Assembly (NCBI RefSeq): GCF_004010195.1
Contig: NC_057719.1
Coordinates: forward strand, 39,670,252-39,734,251
Length of the DNA stretch: 64,000 nucleotides
Reading direction: 5' to 3'
Source of the DNA: Chiloscyllium plagiosum
Lineage: Eukaryota
The first letter of the stretch is position 1. The number at the start of each line of letters is the position of its first letter. Below are positions 53,341 through 64,000 of the stretch, piece after piece. The position numbers and the translations under genes were made by a program. The notes beneath the pieces were generated by a model. That model made no database searches. It saw nothing but the letters and a program-made list of their open reading frames with translations, and was not told the origin of the DNA.

Positions 53341-53859
53341 CTTGGACAGTTCTCTTTTCCAAATTAGATGTCAGTAGTCGGGACACAGGAAGGATGAGAA
53401 GGTCTTAAAGAATGTGGAGGGAAGACTTAAAAGAATGGTTGCAAAAATTGCTGAGCTGTAGAACACAACAAAGGAGTGGGACAAGCTGACTAATTCATGC
53501 AGAGAGCTGATGTGGATGTGATAGGCTCAATGGCTTCCTTCTGTGCTATAATCATGCCGTGATTCTATCAACAGTGGGTTGCACGTTTTATGGAAGTCAC
53601 AGGCTGCCTCCAAAAGAAATCAAATGTATTTAGAAATAATTACACATTTATTCAGAACATTGTGATGTAGTACTCTTTTAAAACCCCTTCAATCTGTCTC
53701 CTACAATAGGTGTAACCACTGTCAAAATAATGCCAACCCGTATGTTCAATATCAATGCCAGCTAATTGCCAATCTGAACAAGAAATATGAAAACTCTTTC
53801 AACTTCCTATGTCTTGAAATGAAATGACTTGCAATTGTAGTTGAGATGCGGTTTTGTTC

Positions 53860-54330
53860 TTTGTATCTAAATTTCCACTCTCCTTTTCTCACTTGGTCTT
53901 GATTGTGCTGCTCTCTAACATTTGTTCCTCTCATACTGCCCTGGTTTCTCACTCACTCCCCTCTGTCAGTTATGTTGGTCTCATCCTTCACTCTTTTATT
54001 CTTTCCTCCACCTCTATTTCTCTTACTCTTTCTTTCCTTCTGCTTTTCCCCTCTTCTTCCACTGTTTTGCTGTTGTTCACCATTTTTCCCATACCTAAAC
54101 TTCTACTTTTCATTCTTTTGCTCACTTCTGACTTTTCTCCACTTTTGTTTCTCACCTCCTTTCCCTTCATTTCTACTCCCTCACTATGGTTCCTCTGTCA
54201 TCTCATTTGTGTATTATTATTCTCTCTCACATTTTTCATTATACTTTTCTCACCCTTTATTTTCCAACACTATTTTTCACTGACTCAGAATTCCACCATT
54301 CAAATCTATTACTGATCATTCCTGCCTTTA
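53860..54330. repeat. Pyrimidine-rich (CT) low-complexity tract
   Basis: Strong C/T bias on the + strand produces spurious Leu/Phe/Ser ORFs. Confidence 0.7.
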
Positions 54331-55058
54331 CCAATGTCCATTGACTATTTTGTTCTTCAGCATCTCAACTACGAAATCCTAATTTTCATTTGCAAGTTGT
54401 TACACCATGGATCTGCAACACCTTTTAGTTTTGCATCTTCTGTTCTTCCTATTTTGGTCAGCTGGGTGATCTCTCCCTTTTCCCAGCCATCCTTCAGTAC
54501 TGTCACTGGTGATTCAACTTTCAGTTACCTAACTTTATTGTCTAGAACTCACTGTGTCAGCAATTTCCTCCCTCGAGAAATTTTTAAAAGCCTGAAAACC
54601 TGAACTGACCATTTCTTTGCCCATTCCCTCCTCCAGGTTTGAAATGAACTGCAAACTTTTATGTTAATCTTGCTATGCAAATAGTTGACTTTATTTCAAA
54701 GAAAGGGAGACTGATAAGATAATTATCATGTTTGATTGTAAATGTGTCTACCATAAGATTTTACTGGCCAGCCTGGCTCTCAGGGTCACTTGTGCAGTTC
54801 CAGTTAAAATAACGTTGGAGTCCAAATCAGACCATGAATTTTAATTATTTGAGACCTCCCTGCATCAATTACCTGCCAGTAACAGGGAGCCTGATGTTGC
54901 TCAAAAGTTTAAGATGGTGGCAAACCTGAATGAGCAGAAATATACCATATAGCAGAAAGCACTGTCATTTTATAATGTTATACAGCCAGGATTTGCAGCA
55001 ATAGTGTTTGAAAGTGTTGTGATGAATCTAATCAAAACATTTACAATATATGGATATA

Positions 55059-55371
55059 GGGTGTAGGTTTGCTCGCTGAGTTGTAGGTTTGGTATCCAGA
55101 CGTTTCATTACCTGGCTAGGTAACATCATCAGTGGCGACCTCCAAGTGAAGCAAAGCTGTTGTCTCCTGCTTTCTATTTATATGTTTGTCCTGGATGGAG
55201 TTCCTGGGGTTTGTGGTGATGTCATTTCCTGTTAGTTTTCTGAGGGCTTGATAGAAGGTAACTAATTCTATGTGTTTGTTTATGGCGTTGTGGTTGGAGT
55301 GCCAGGCCTCTAGGAATTCTCTGGCATGTCTTTGCCAGATGTCTTTGCCAAACCTTCACAAACCTTGCAAA
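55059..55371 (-). mobile_element. Penelope-like element 3' fragment (family C): GIY-YIG C-terminus plus near-intact hammerhead, 14-bp TSD
   Basis: Minus strand about 55221-55334 translates QRHAREFLEAWHSNHNAINKHIELVTFYQALRKLTGND. Hammerhead at 55096-55135. TSD AATATATGGATATA at 55045-55058 and 55372-55385. Confidence 0.85.
55096..55135 (-). ncRNA. Minimal type I hammerhead ribozyme motif
   Basis: RNA: CCA-CUGAUGA-U-GUUACCU-AGCC-AGGUAAU-GAAA-C-GUC-UGG. Stem I CCA/UGG, 6-7 bp stem II, intact CUGAUGA and GAAA, GUC cleavage triplet. Confidence 0.75.
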
Positions 55372-55494
55372 AATATATGGATATAATATTAGTGTTCTGG
55401 TCACTATACCTCCTCCTTGGCAACTCCTGGACTATGTAAGTCATACATTGGATACTAGTTGAAAATAAAGTTGAAAACATCACTGTGGGAAGAG

Positions 55495-55691
55495 AAAGTA
55501 AGGACTGTGGATGCTGGAGATAAGAGTTGAGAGTGTGGTGCTGGAAAAGTACAGCAGATCAGGCAGCATTCGAGGAGCAGGAGAATCCACATTTCGGGCA
55601 TAAGCCCTTCATTAGGAATGCCCGAAATGTCGATTCTCCTACTCCTTGGATGTTGCCTGACCTGGTGTGCTTTTCCAGCACCACACTTTCG
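55495..55691. mobile_element. Palindromic Penelope-like remnant (family A), 13-bp TSD
   Basis: Arms about 55525-55600 / 55619-55692. Minus-strand core CTAATGA-A-GGGC-TTAT-GCCC-GAAA-TGTG (mutated). TSD ACTGTGGGAAGAG at 55482-55494 and 55692-55704. Confidence 0.82.
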
Positions 55692-57522
55692 ACTGTGGGA
55701 AGAGTGCAACCCAGTGTTAGAATAAAAAGCCAGGACAAACAAGAAATGGTTTCTCTCTGTACTACTATGGAATGTTTAAGGAGCCCTCAGCACAATTCCT
55801 TGATGTCTTGTCAAATGCTATGCTGGAGTGGTAACAAGAGGACCTGATCAATTTTGAATATTTATTGAGAATATTAAACTAGAATAAGTACCTCCTAAAT
55901 TCTACAGGGAGGCTCTACAAGTACAATGTAAGGTTAAATTATTGTCCATAAAATATGTTTGTAAATGTGGAAGTGAATACAAGTTGACTATTTAATTTCT
56001 GTTTTAGATAGATGAAAAATACTTTTGATTTTTGTTTTAAAAGTGTGAATGAAAGAAGTTGACTGAACTAAAGGTTTAGAACTGAATAATTAGCACCATA
56101 ATAAAATTGGGCATATTTCCCCAGACTTGCTGCTGATCTGACATTTGCATAAACTTATACCCAGCTGGATTTGCTTCACAACAGTGAAATTTAGCAACCT
56201 ATTTCTGCAATTATTGCTGCATGTATTTTTAAATGTTACATAAACACAATATATAGCACTAGGCAGTTTATATTTTTAAATCTTTTTCATAACTAGTAAA
56301 AGTTGTTTCGTTGGCAATGACAACCAGTGCTTTACATTGATCTTGTTTTGAAGCATTTTAAAGGTTTTTATTGTCATGCAAAACATATAATTACCTTAAT
56401 AACAAGCAGTGGAACTGTCATGTTTTGTGCTGAATAACACCATACACTTTGTTTTACCTCAGATATTCAAGGTCAAACAAAGTCACAAATGTAATATAGA
56501 GGTGTAATACTCCAATAGGTTTACCTTCCCACACAAAGCCTCAACAGATTAATTAATACTAACAATGAATTGTTGATTATATTTCTGATTTACACTGTAC
56601 ATTGAAATCCAGGAAACAATTTACCTGACTGGAATATAATTATAATACAACCAACCAAAGTCTTCTGAAAGTGTTTATAATGTACTCCTAAGACTGAAGA
56701 ACCAGAATGGGAAGGAACAACAAAATAAAATGACCTTTCCTGGTTATAGAAGAAAACAGTCCAAGGACTATTCAAAGTCAATGCAACAGAAACCCAATAC
56801 AAAAGTAAAATGTGATGGATACATAAAATCTGAAATAAAATGTATGTAGGTATGCAATACTAATTATAGTGAGATTCTGAGTTAATTTTTTAGGTTGACA
56901 CTGTTTGATTAAACTGAAAAAAACTGGAAATGTAAAGGGTCTGTCATCTGGATTGATGATGTCAGCTTGTTCTCCCAGTTGTGTAAGAGTTGAAGGGTCT
57001 GAAAGTGTTAATACTGAAGAGTGCTTTAAACACCAGCTGCTACAACGATGTCATATGGACTTCGTGGGAGAATAGCTTAGAACTTCAAACAAGTAAGACC
57101 TTCCATCTAGATCCTCTTGATAATCTTGGTAACAATGTCTGTCACATCAGTTTGACTACTACATGATTACTAACATACAATAAATAACGTCTGATTTAAG
57201 ACAAGATTATTCACTTTAAGGTAGCAAGTGGTTTTCCTCTTCTACACCACATGAATTGGGCCCTGTAGATTCCTACTCTAAATGATAGCAGCATAATCCC
57301 ATGGTGAACAATAGTGCAAATGGCCTCATCCAACATGGATTGCTTGTACAACAACTTCAACTCGAATTTCTCCCCTTGTTCAATCTCTTCCACTAATCTT
57401 TCAAAGCCCTCCACCACTTTCAAGTTTTCATGTCCTAGCAGTCTCCTTTTCAACATAGATATCCTGTCCCTCTAAATCTCCAGCCCCACTAGTATGACCC
57501 AATAACCCATCACTTAGTCAGA

Positions 57523-57757
57523 GAGTCATAGAGATATACAGCACAGAAACAGACCCTTCAGTCCTACCCATCCATGCTGACCAGATATCCCAACCCAATT
57601 TAATCCCACCTGCCAGCACCCGGCCCATATCCCTCCAAACCCTTCCTATTCATATACCAATCCAAATGCCTTTTTAAATGTTGCAATTGTACTAGCCTCC
57701 ACCACTTCCTCTGGCAGCTCATTCCATACACATATCACCCTCTGTGTGAAACAGTTG
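57523..57757 (-). mobile_element. CR1 3' end (same subfamily as 2631-3075)
   Basis: GAGTCATAGAGATATACAGCACAGAAACAGACCCTT...CCACTTCCTCTGGCAGCTCATTCCATAC. Confidence 0.88.
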
Positions 57758-57899
57758 TTCAAGGCTACCCGAGCTCCTCTTTGTCACCTCTGTTCCTGGT
57801 ACAGGGATTACCAATCAGTACCACTAGCTGCTCTCGCCCAAAATTAGAAAATTTAGTCAATTTTGCTTCCAATCATATACATACAGACTCTTGTCTTCT

Positions 57900-59095
57900 C
57901 TTTCTCTACTCTGTTAGCTCCATTTCTGTAAGGAGTCTATGAGCCAACATCTAAAAACCCACTGACTTTCACAGCTACAGGCACAGATACTCTTTGCCAT
58001 CCATTTACAATAATTACCCTATTCTGTTCTCCCAGTTTCTCCATCTCTTTTCCTGTTCTGAAAATCCTGCCTTCCCAATGAGTTGTTCTGCTAAGTCTTG
58101 CTTTTTCCTCAACTGTTAACAGGGCCCTGGATTCCAGCTATTCCATTTCCTGCATATCTGCTTCTGTTCCAACCTCTCCCTCCCACAAAAGTCATAGTAT
58201 TTTCCTTGAACTCCACATTCTGTGCACCAGCATTGGGATTCAAATGGATATTTCTCTGCCACCTCCAGCCTGATGCCACCACCAAGTATATCTTCACAAC
58301 CCTTTCAGCATTCTGAAGGATGTGCTCCTTCTGTGAACACCTTGCCCACTCTGTAATATACTGTAATAATCACCTATAATAGTTCTTCGCAATTGCATAG
58401 ATCCTGCCAGTGTAAATACAGGAGATGCATCATCTGCTCTTTCACCTCCCCTATTCCCACCATACAAGGTCCCAAACACTTTTCTCAGGCGAATCAGTGA
58501 TTTGCCATTACTTCTTTTAATTTGGTATGTTGTTTTGCTGTTCATGATAAGGTCTCCTTCACCGGGGAGACCCAACACAGATGAAGTAATTGCTTTGGCA
58601 AACCCCTGCTGTTCTACTGCCAAGCATGTCCCTGATGTTCCAGTTGCTTCTCATTTCAATTCTCTGTCCACTCTAACTTCAGTCTCTTAAATCATTCTAA
58701 TAAATCTTAATAGGAAAGCAAGAAACAGTGCCACATCTTTTGATCAAGCACTTTCCAGCCTTCCAGACTCAATTTTGAGTTAATTCATTTCAAATAAGTA
58801 CTGCTTACATTTTTTTTCAGACAGCAGTGGTTCATAAAGATTCTATGCGTAATTTTCATCTCTTTCAGACCCATTTTTAATTTTTTTTCCATTAGCAACC
58901 ATTTTGCCTGGCTGTACCATCTGTGTTGTCATTTAATCATTTCTGTTCTCCTATTTCTTCCTTCTATGTCTCCCAAATCCAACATTTTCCCTTCTTCTCT
59001 ATTTGTTTCCAATTTCTTCTAGTTGTCATAAAGTGATACTAAACTGAATTTCTAACTGTTTCTCGCTCCACAGTTGCTGCTACATTTAGTGAGTA
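57900..59095 (+). mobile_element. Old Penelope-like element: RT C-terminus, GIY-YIG endonuclease, 3' end
   Basis: TTCTCCCAGTTTCTC (FSQFL) at about 58028; degenerate GGGGAGACCCAA (GET) and PDVPVASHFNS (ORF 58502); CAGCCTTCCAGACTCAAT (QPSRLN) at about 58756. Confidence 0.6.
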
Positions 59096-59399
59096 ACCTA
59101 ATGTGTTGTCTGCACAATTTTTTTTCAAAAATTGATTATCCTAGCAATAGTTCTTCAAAGTTTGTCGCAGAGGTTTCCAAATGTCTCTGTGTAAAATTCA
59201 TGCTTTGCTGATAGTGTATACCTATCGCCATCCAGGTCTGACAAATCCTGGACCTCCTTTTTTCATCAACAAATGGAATACCAACGTTTACAATATATCA
59301 ATAAACATTTTCTTCTTAATGAGAAGCTGTCTATACTGGTTCAAGGCTGTGGATCAAATCTGTTGCCAAGGATTGTCAGAAAAAAGAAGGATATTGGAC

Positions 59400-59505
59400 A
59401 AGTGCTGGCAAATAGGACCAGATTAATTTCGGATATCTAGTCAGTGTGGACGAGTTGGACCGAAGGGTCTGCTTCTGTGCTGTGCATCTCTATGATTCTA
59501 TGGCT
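59400..59505 (+). mobile_element. CR1 extreme 3' end
   Basis: GGACGAGTTGGACCGAAGGGTCTGCTTCTGTGCTGTGCATCTCTATGATTCTATG. Confidence 0.75.
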
Positions 59506-59684
59506 CTAAATAGAGACATGAAGAAGTTAATTCTCAACTTCTCAGCCAGAAATGCTAAAATTGAACTTTCAAGAACTGTTTATTTAGTTGCCATCATCCT
59601 AACTAGTTTCATCAATGTGACTCAACTGGGATAAGCTGGGAGCTTGCAATAGTACAGAACAAATGGTCTGTAATGTGTTAACTT

Positions 59685-59900
59685 ACTGAGTTAATTTGAT
59701 TTGATTCATTGTTGTCACATGTACCTAAGTACAATGAAAAGTTTTATTTTGCCTGCAGTACAGGCAGATCATGACATATAGGGTGATGAACAAAACGAGG
59801 CATACAAAGTTACAGCTGCACAGGAGGTGTACAAAAGCAAGATCAACATTAGATTTGAAATTTGAGAGGTCCATTCAGCAGTCTACTAACAGCAGGAAGA
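59685..59900 (-). mobile_element. 3' UTR of Rex1/Babar-like LINE
   Basis: Reverse complement matches 28820-29016 (TTTCATTGTACTTAGGTACATGTGACAACAATGAATCAAATCAAAT). Confidence 0.6.
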
Positions 59901-62859
59901 ATTTGTTACTCAGAGTTACTACGACCCAGCACAAATAAAATTTACAACAAAGTTCATGTATCAGCTTTTAATATTGTACACAATATATAATTTTGTACAA
60001 TATTCAGAATCGCAGTAGTTTCTTGTTTTCATCATATTTATTTAGGATAATACAGTAATGAATGACACTAACTGAATGAGTTTCTCATTTTCATTGCTTT
60101 TGCTGTACTTTGTGAATTTGCTAAGTTGTGAAATCTGGATTTAGCTTTCTGTCTAAGGCAATTTAATATTTCTACTTAATTTGTAAGCACTGAAAGAAAT
60201 CCTTCGTCTTTCAAAACTGACAATGACAATTAGACCAAATATAGACTAATCTGTTGGGCGTGACACACAGAACCTTCTGACAAATTGGAATTGTTTTATA
60301 TGCTCTTTACTACGGGGTTTTGTTAGTGTGCATATTGTTGGTATCTTATGTAGTAATAAAAGGCACATAAATCAATATGACAGCACTTGAATACTAATTA
60401 TCACAGTCTAATTTGTAACTTTTCTTGACCCAGTTCTGTGCCAGTATCTAAAATTGGAAATCACAAAATTAGTACACAATCTATGCCTTCTATAGGGCAC
60501 CTTCACAGTTGTCCTAATATCTGTTTATTTGTACATGCGTGCATTGCTGAACTACATTGGTAACACAAGTTGCTATAGTAACTAGCAAGATGACGATAGA
60601 GTTGAATATGTGCCAAATCTGCAGCCTGCTGCCTGCAAATTCATTCCAGCATGAAGCTGTCCTTGGGGTAATGTTCCGTCATGCAAAAATGACTTTGCTT
60701 ATAACTTATAAAGTTTACATCATTTAAAAAATAATTTGTGCACAGACAACTTCATTTGACATCAGAAACACAAAGTAAATGCTTTTATTTCTATGAAATA
60801 ACAATAGCTGTCATGTGCTGGTACCTGCTACAGGCCTCATAGATCTGTAGCTTGTGTTTCAATAAAAAACCATATTGAGAGAGGAAGTACAGCCATTAAT
60901 GCAAAGCATTAAACAATTATAATTGCATTTTAGAAGTAAACTAGTTGAAGAATAAAAACACAATTTACATTAAATACAGTGGAATTAATTCACTATTAGA
61001 ATTGATCATTCATCTGAATTAAAACAATAAATATTTCAAGGAACAGTAAGTGTCACTCATGTTCATACTTGATCACTTCCAGTTATGAAATAAAATGTGT
61101 CTTTTTAAGGCCACGACTATTTTTCTTTGAATTACAGTAATAGCACACCAAATGAAAGGAGCACTTTCTTCATAAGAAGTAATTGACAAAGCCTTTTTAA
61201 ATTGGAAAGAGTCAAGTGTCCATGATGATTTCCCTGTAAGTGACACAAGGCATCTATTAGCAAAATTTGTTTCATCTGAAGCTAAGCAAACAAGAGATGT
61301 TCTGAATCTTTTTTCTTGAAATTTGTATGTGTTTAAAAATTAATCTAACAGCATTCTAAAGAATTTTACCTGCGATATTGTAGTGACCTACACTAGAAAT
61401 CTGAATGTCATGCAGCTTGGCTGAAAATACTGATACGTGACTCTTAGCGTGAGTTATTAAGAAGCTGTTTAAGTCCCCTCTAATCAAATGTTCACCAGTG
61501 GTCATGTGTCTGATATGTTTGCTCAGGAGTATGTAACCTGGTACTGGAATGTTTTTAGTGCAAGCAGACAACGTAACACCAGTGAAAGATGTCTGCTTCT
61601 ATAGATTAATACATTGACATTGAAATAGATTCATATTCTTTTAAGAAAGGTCATGAAAGATTAAGCCAAAATGTCTTCATTGACTAATTGCATTGTAAAT
61701 TTAGCACTTAATAGTTTTCCATGTTTTTTCTTCAAAATGAAAATGCCTGATTTTGCTTTGGAGCTTAATTATAGTGTGCAATGTGAAATTTGATTGTAAC
61801 TTTCAAGATGTTAAACGAGGCTAGAAACTAAAGTAAACAGGCCTGAATTTGTGGAGTACCCATTTTTTGGTTGAAAATACCAACATATTATCATAGGCTG
61901 GTAAAACTACAGTGATAGAAATAAGAATGAATAATAGTCTTGTTACATATAAAGTTTCCATATATCACTCCTGAGTTTTTTTTTAATGCCAGTTTTCTTC
62001 TGTTCCATGCTGCCTTGAAGACATTGAAGCCTCACTGGGGAATGTTTCCATGGATACTGGCTACCCTCTGCTGCGTCACCAATATCCATGTGTGGCTCAT
62101 AATAATGATCACTGGCAGTGTGTTTAGCTACAGGAAACAATGCAATTGAACTAGTCCTGTCCTCACCCAATATCCCCACAGACATGTTTCCAACAGGGGT
62201 TTCTCAATAATGGTTATGTGTAGCATCAAAGCTGGTATTACATTCCCTAATGCATGAGTACAGAGGCAAATTGTAGCCTTTTGAGATCAGCTATTCAGCA
62301 TAAACTATGAATTGGAATCTTCCTGTTCTATATGGCTCTGCTGTCAATGGATAATCTGGCTGGATCACAAGGTAGGCCTCACCTTCCAGATTTAACGTCA
62401 ACTAATTTTTGCTTTATGATACAAATATTATTCTCGTCCTAGGATTTCTGACAATAAAAGGTCAAATAAATAATACAACAGATCCATAATAATGAGAAAT
62501 GCAAAAGGTTGTTTGCATTGATCACTTCAAGCCTGGGCATAAGTTATTTTCTATTCTCTTTAATTACTTCAGTTCTATGCTTGGGTTTCTCAATGTGTGA
62601 ATAGAAAAAGAATCACCCCAAGGCCTCTACCAATCTTTGTGTTCAGTAAATAACTGAGTTGCAAGAGTAACACAGATTGTTATTTTTGAAGATTTTATCT
62701 TCCTCCAGTAATGTTTGTCAGCTGGGTTGCTGTATTAAGTAAATTGGATAACAAATGGAACTCAAGCCATTGAAATCACCTCACAAAAAATAAATTGCAA
62801 AGATATGTGTAAATAGAAGGTGAAAATGAGAAATTGGCCCAATGTAATTTTTAAATTAT

Positions 62860-63470
62860 TACTTCACTCGATGTGGACATTATGGCAAGACCATGCCTAA
62901 TTGCCCTTGAACCGAGAGGCTTCAGAGGCCATTTCTGAGGGCATTTAAGAGTTTAAAACGTTGCCGTTGCTCTGGAATCATATGTAGGCCCAACTACAAG
63001 TCAAGAATGGCAGATTTCCTTCCCTAAACAACATTAGTGAGCCAGATGTGTTTTTACAACATTCAATGATAATCTCATTGTCACCATTACTGAGACCATA
63101 TTTAGATTAGATTAGATTAGATTACAGTGTGGAAACAGGCCCTTCGGCCCAACAAGTCCACACCGACCCGCCGAATCGAAACCCACCCATACCCCTACAT
63201 TTACCCCTTACCTAACACTACAGGCAATTTAGTATGGCCAATTCACCTGACCCTGCACATCTTTGGATGGTGGGAGGAAACCGGAGCACCCGGAGGAAAC
63301 CCACGCAGACACGGGGAGAACGTGCAAACTCCACACAGTCAGTCGCCTGAGACGGGAATTTATTTATTATTAAATATATTATTACATTTAAATTGCACTA
63401 GCTGCCAGATCCCCACCGCATTAGCTTGGATCTCTGGATTAGTGCTGCAGTGATATTACCACTATGTTAC
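62860..63470 (-). mobile_element. Second SINE family copy, interrupted by an HE1-like SINE
   Basis: GGCAGATTTCCTTCCCTAAACAACATTAGTGAGCCAGATG and TCTCTGGATTAGT...GTGATATTACCACT match 23685-23973. Confidence 0.6.
63102..63360 (-). mobile_element. Young HE1-like SINE, 5'-truncated
   Basis: (TTAGA)4 tail then CAGTGTGGAAACAGGCCCTTCGGCCCAAC...GTCGCCTGAGACGGGAATT; CpGs retained. Confidence 0.9.
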
Positions 63471-64000
63471 TATCTTACCCAATTTCTAGTGCAAGTGTCT
63501 AAGGTTGAACCAGATTGATCAAAATTTTCCAACCACATATCTACACAATTATTAGGACCACCTATCCATAACATCACCTGACTCCCTTCCTGTTTCAAAT
63601 CATCCATATTGTTGTTACCTCGAGATTTAACTATTCCAATGCAGTTCAGGCCAGTCTCCCCCAATCTGTAAACTTGAAGTCTGTAAACCTATTGCTTTTA
63701 TCCTAACTTGCATTAGGTTCCATTCACCTATCACCACGGTGCTTACAGGCCTACATTGTCTACTAGTTAAGTCACACCTCACTTTTTAAATAATTATTAT
63801 CCTCATTTGAAACACATCCATGGCCTTGCTCTTGCCAATTTTCATAATCCCCTCCAGTGTCTTAACCTTGCAAGATATCTGCACTCCTCTAATTCTGGGC
63901 TCTTGGGCATCCCTAATTTCAATCACTCCATTATTGGTGGCTGCACCTAAATCTGCCAAGGCCTTAAATCCCCCTGGAATTCCCTTTCTGAACCTTTCCA

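Noticed and set aside
53854..54315. 153-aa and 126-aa hydrophobic ORFs
   Set aside because: By-products of a CT-rich low-complexity tract; no family motif or splice structure.

Overview
AT-rich, repeat-dense vertebrate genomic DNA. The SINE/LINE content (an HE1-like tRNA-derived SINE with (ATCTA)n tails, plus CR1/HER1-type LINEs) points to a cartilaginous fish, probably a shark; this is inference. One protein-coding gene is supported: TRMT61A (tRNA m1A58 methyltransferase catalytic subunit), + strand. Its three coding exons (14075-14405, 31087-31353, 34646-34968) join in frame to 306 aa; the non-coding first exon and promoter were not located. Most other sequence is decayed retroelements: CR1, an L2/CR1-group LINE, a Rex1/Babar LINE, two SINE families, and one Tigger-like MITE. 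The most interesting layer is about a dozen Penelope-like element (PLE) remnants from at least four sequence families. Several carry a minimal hammerhead-ribozyme core (CUGANGA-stem II-GAAA-palindromic ACGU/AGCU), many are inverted or palindromic, and five have 13-15 bp target-site duplications. There is also a young 706-bp direct duplication enclosing an internal CR1 fragment and a 15-bp fold-back junction. Repeat boundaries were read by eye and are approximate unless TSDs are quoted. Family names come from recognition, not database searches.
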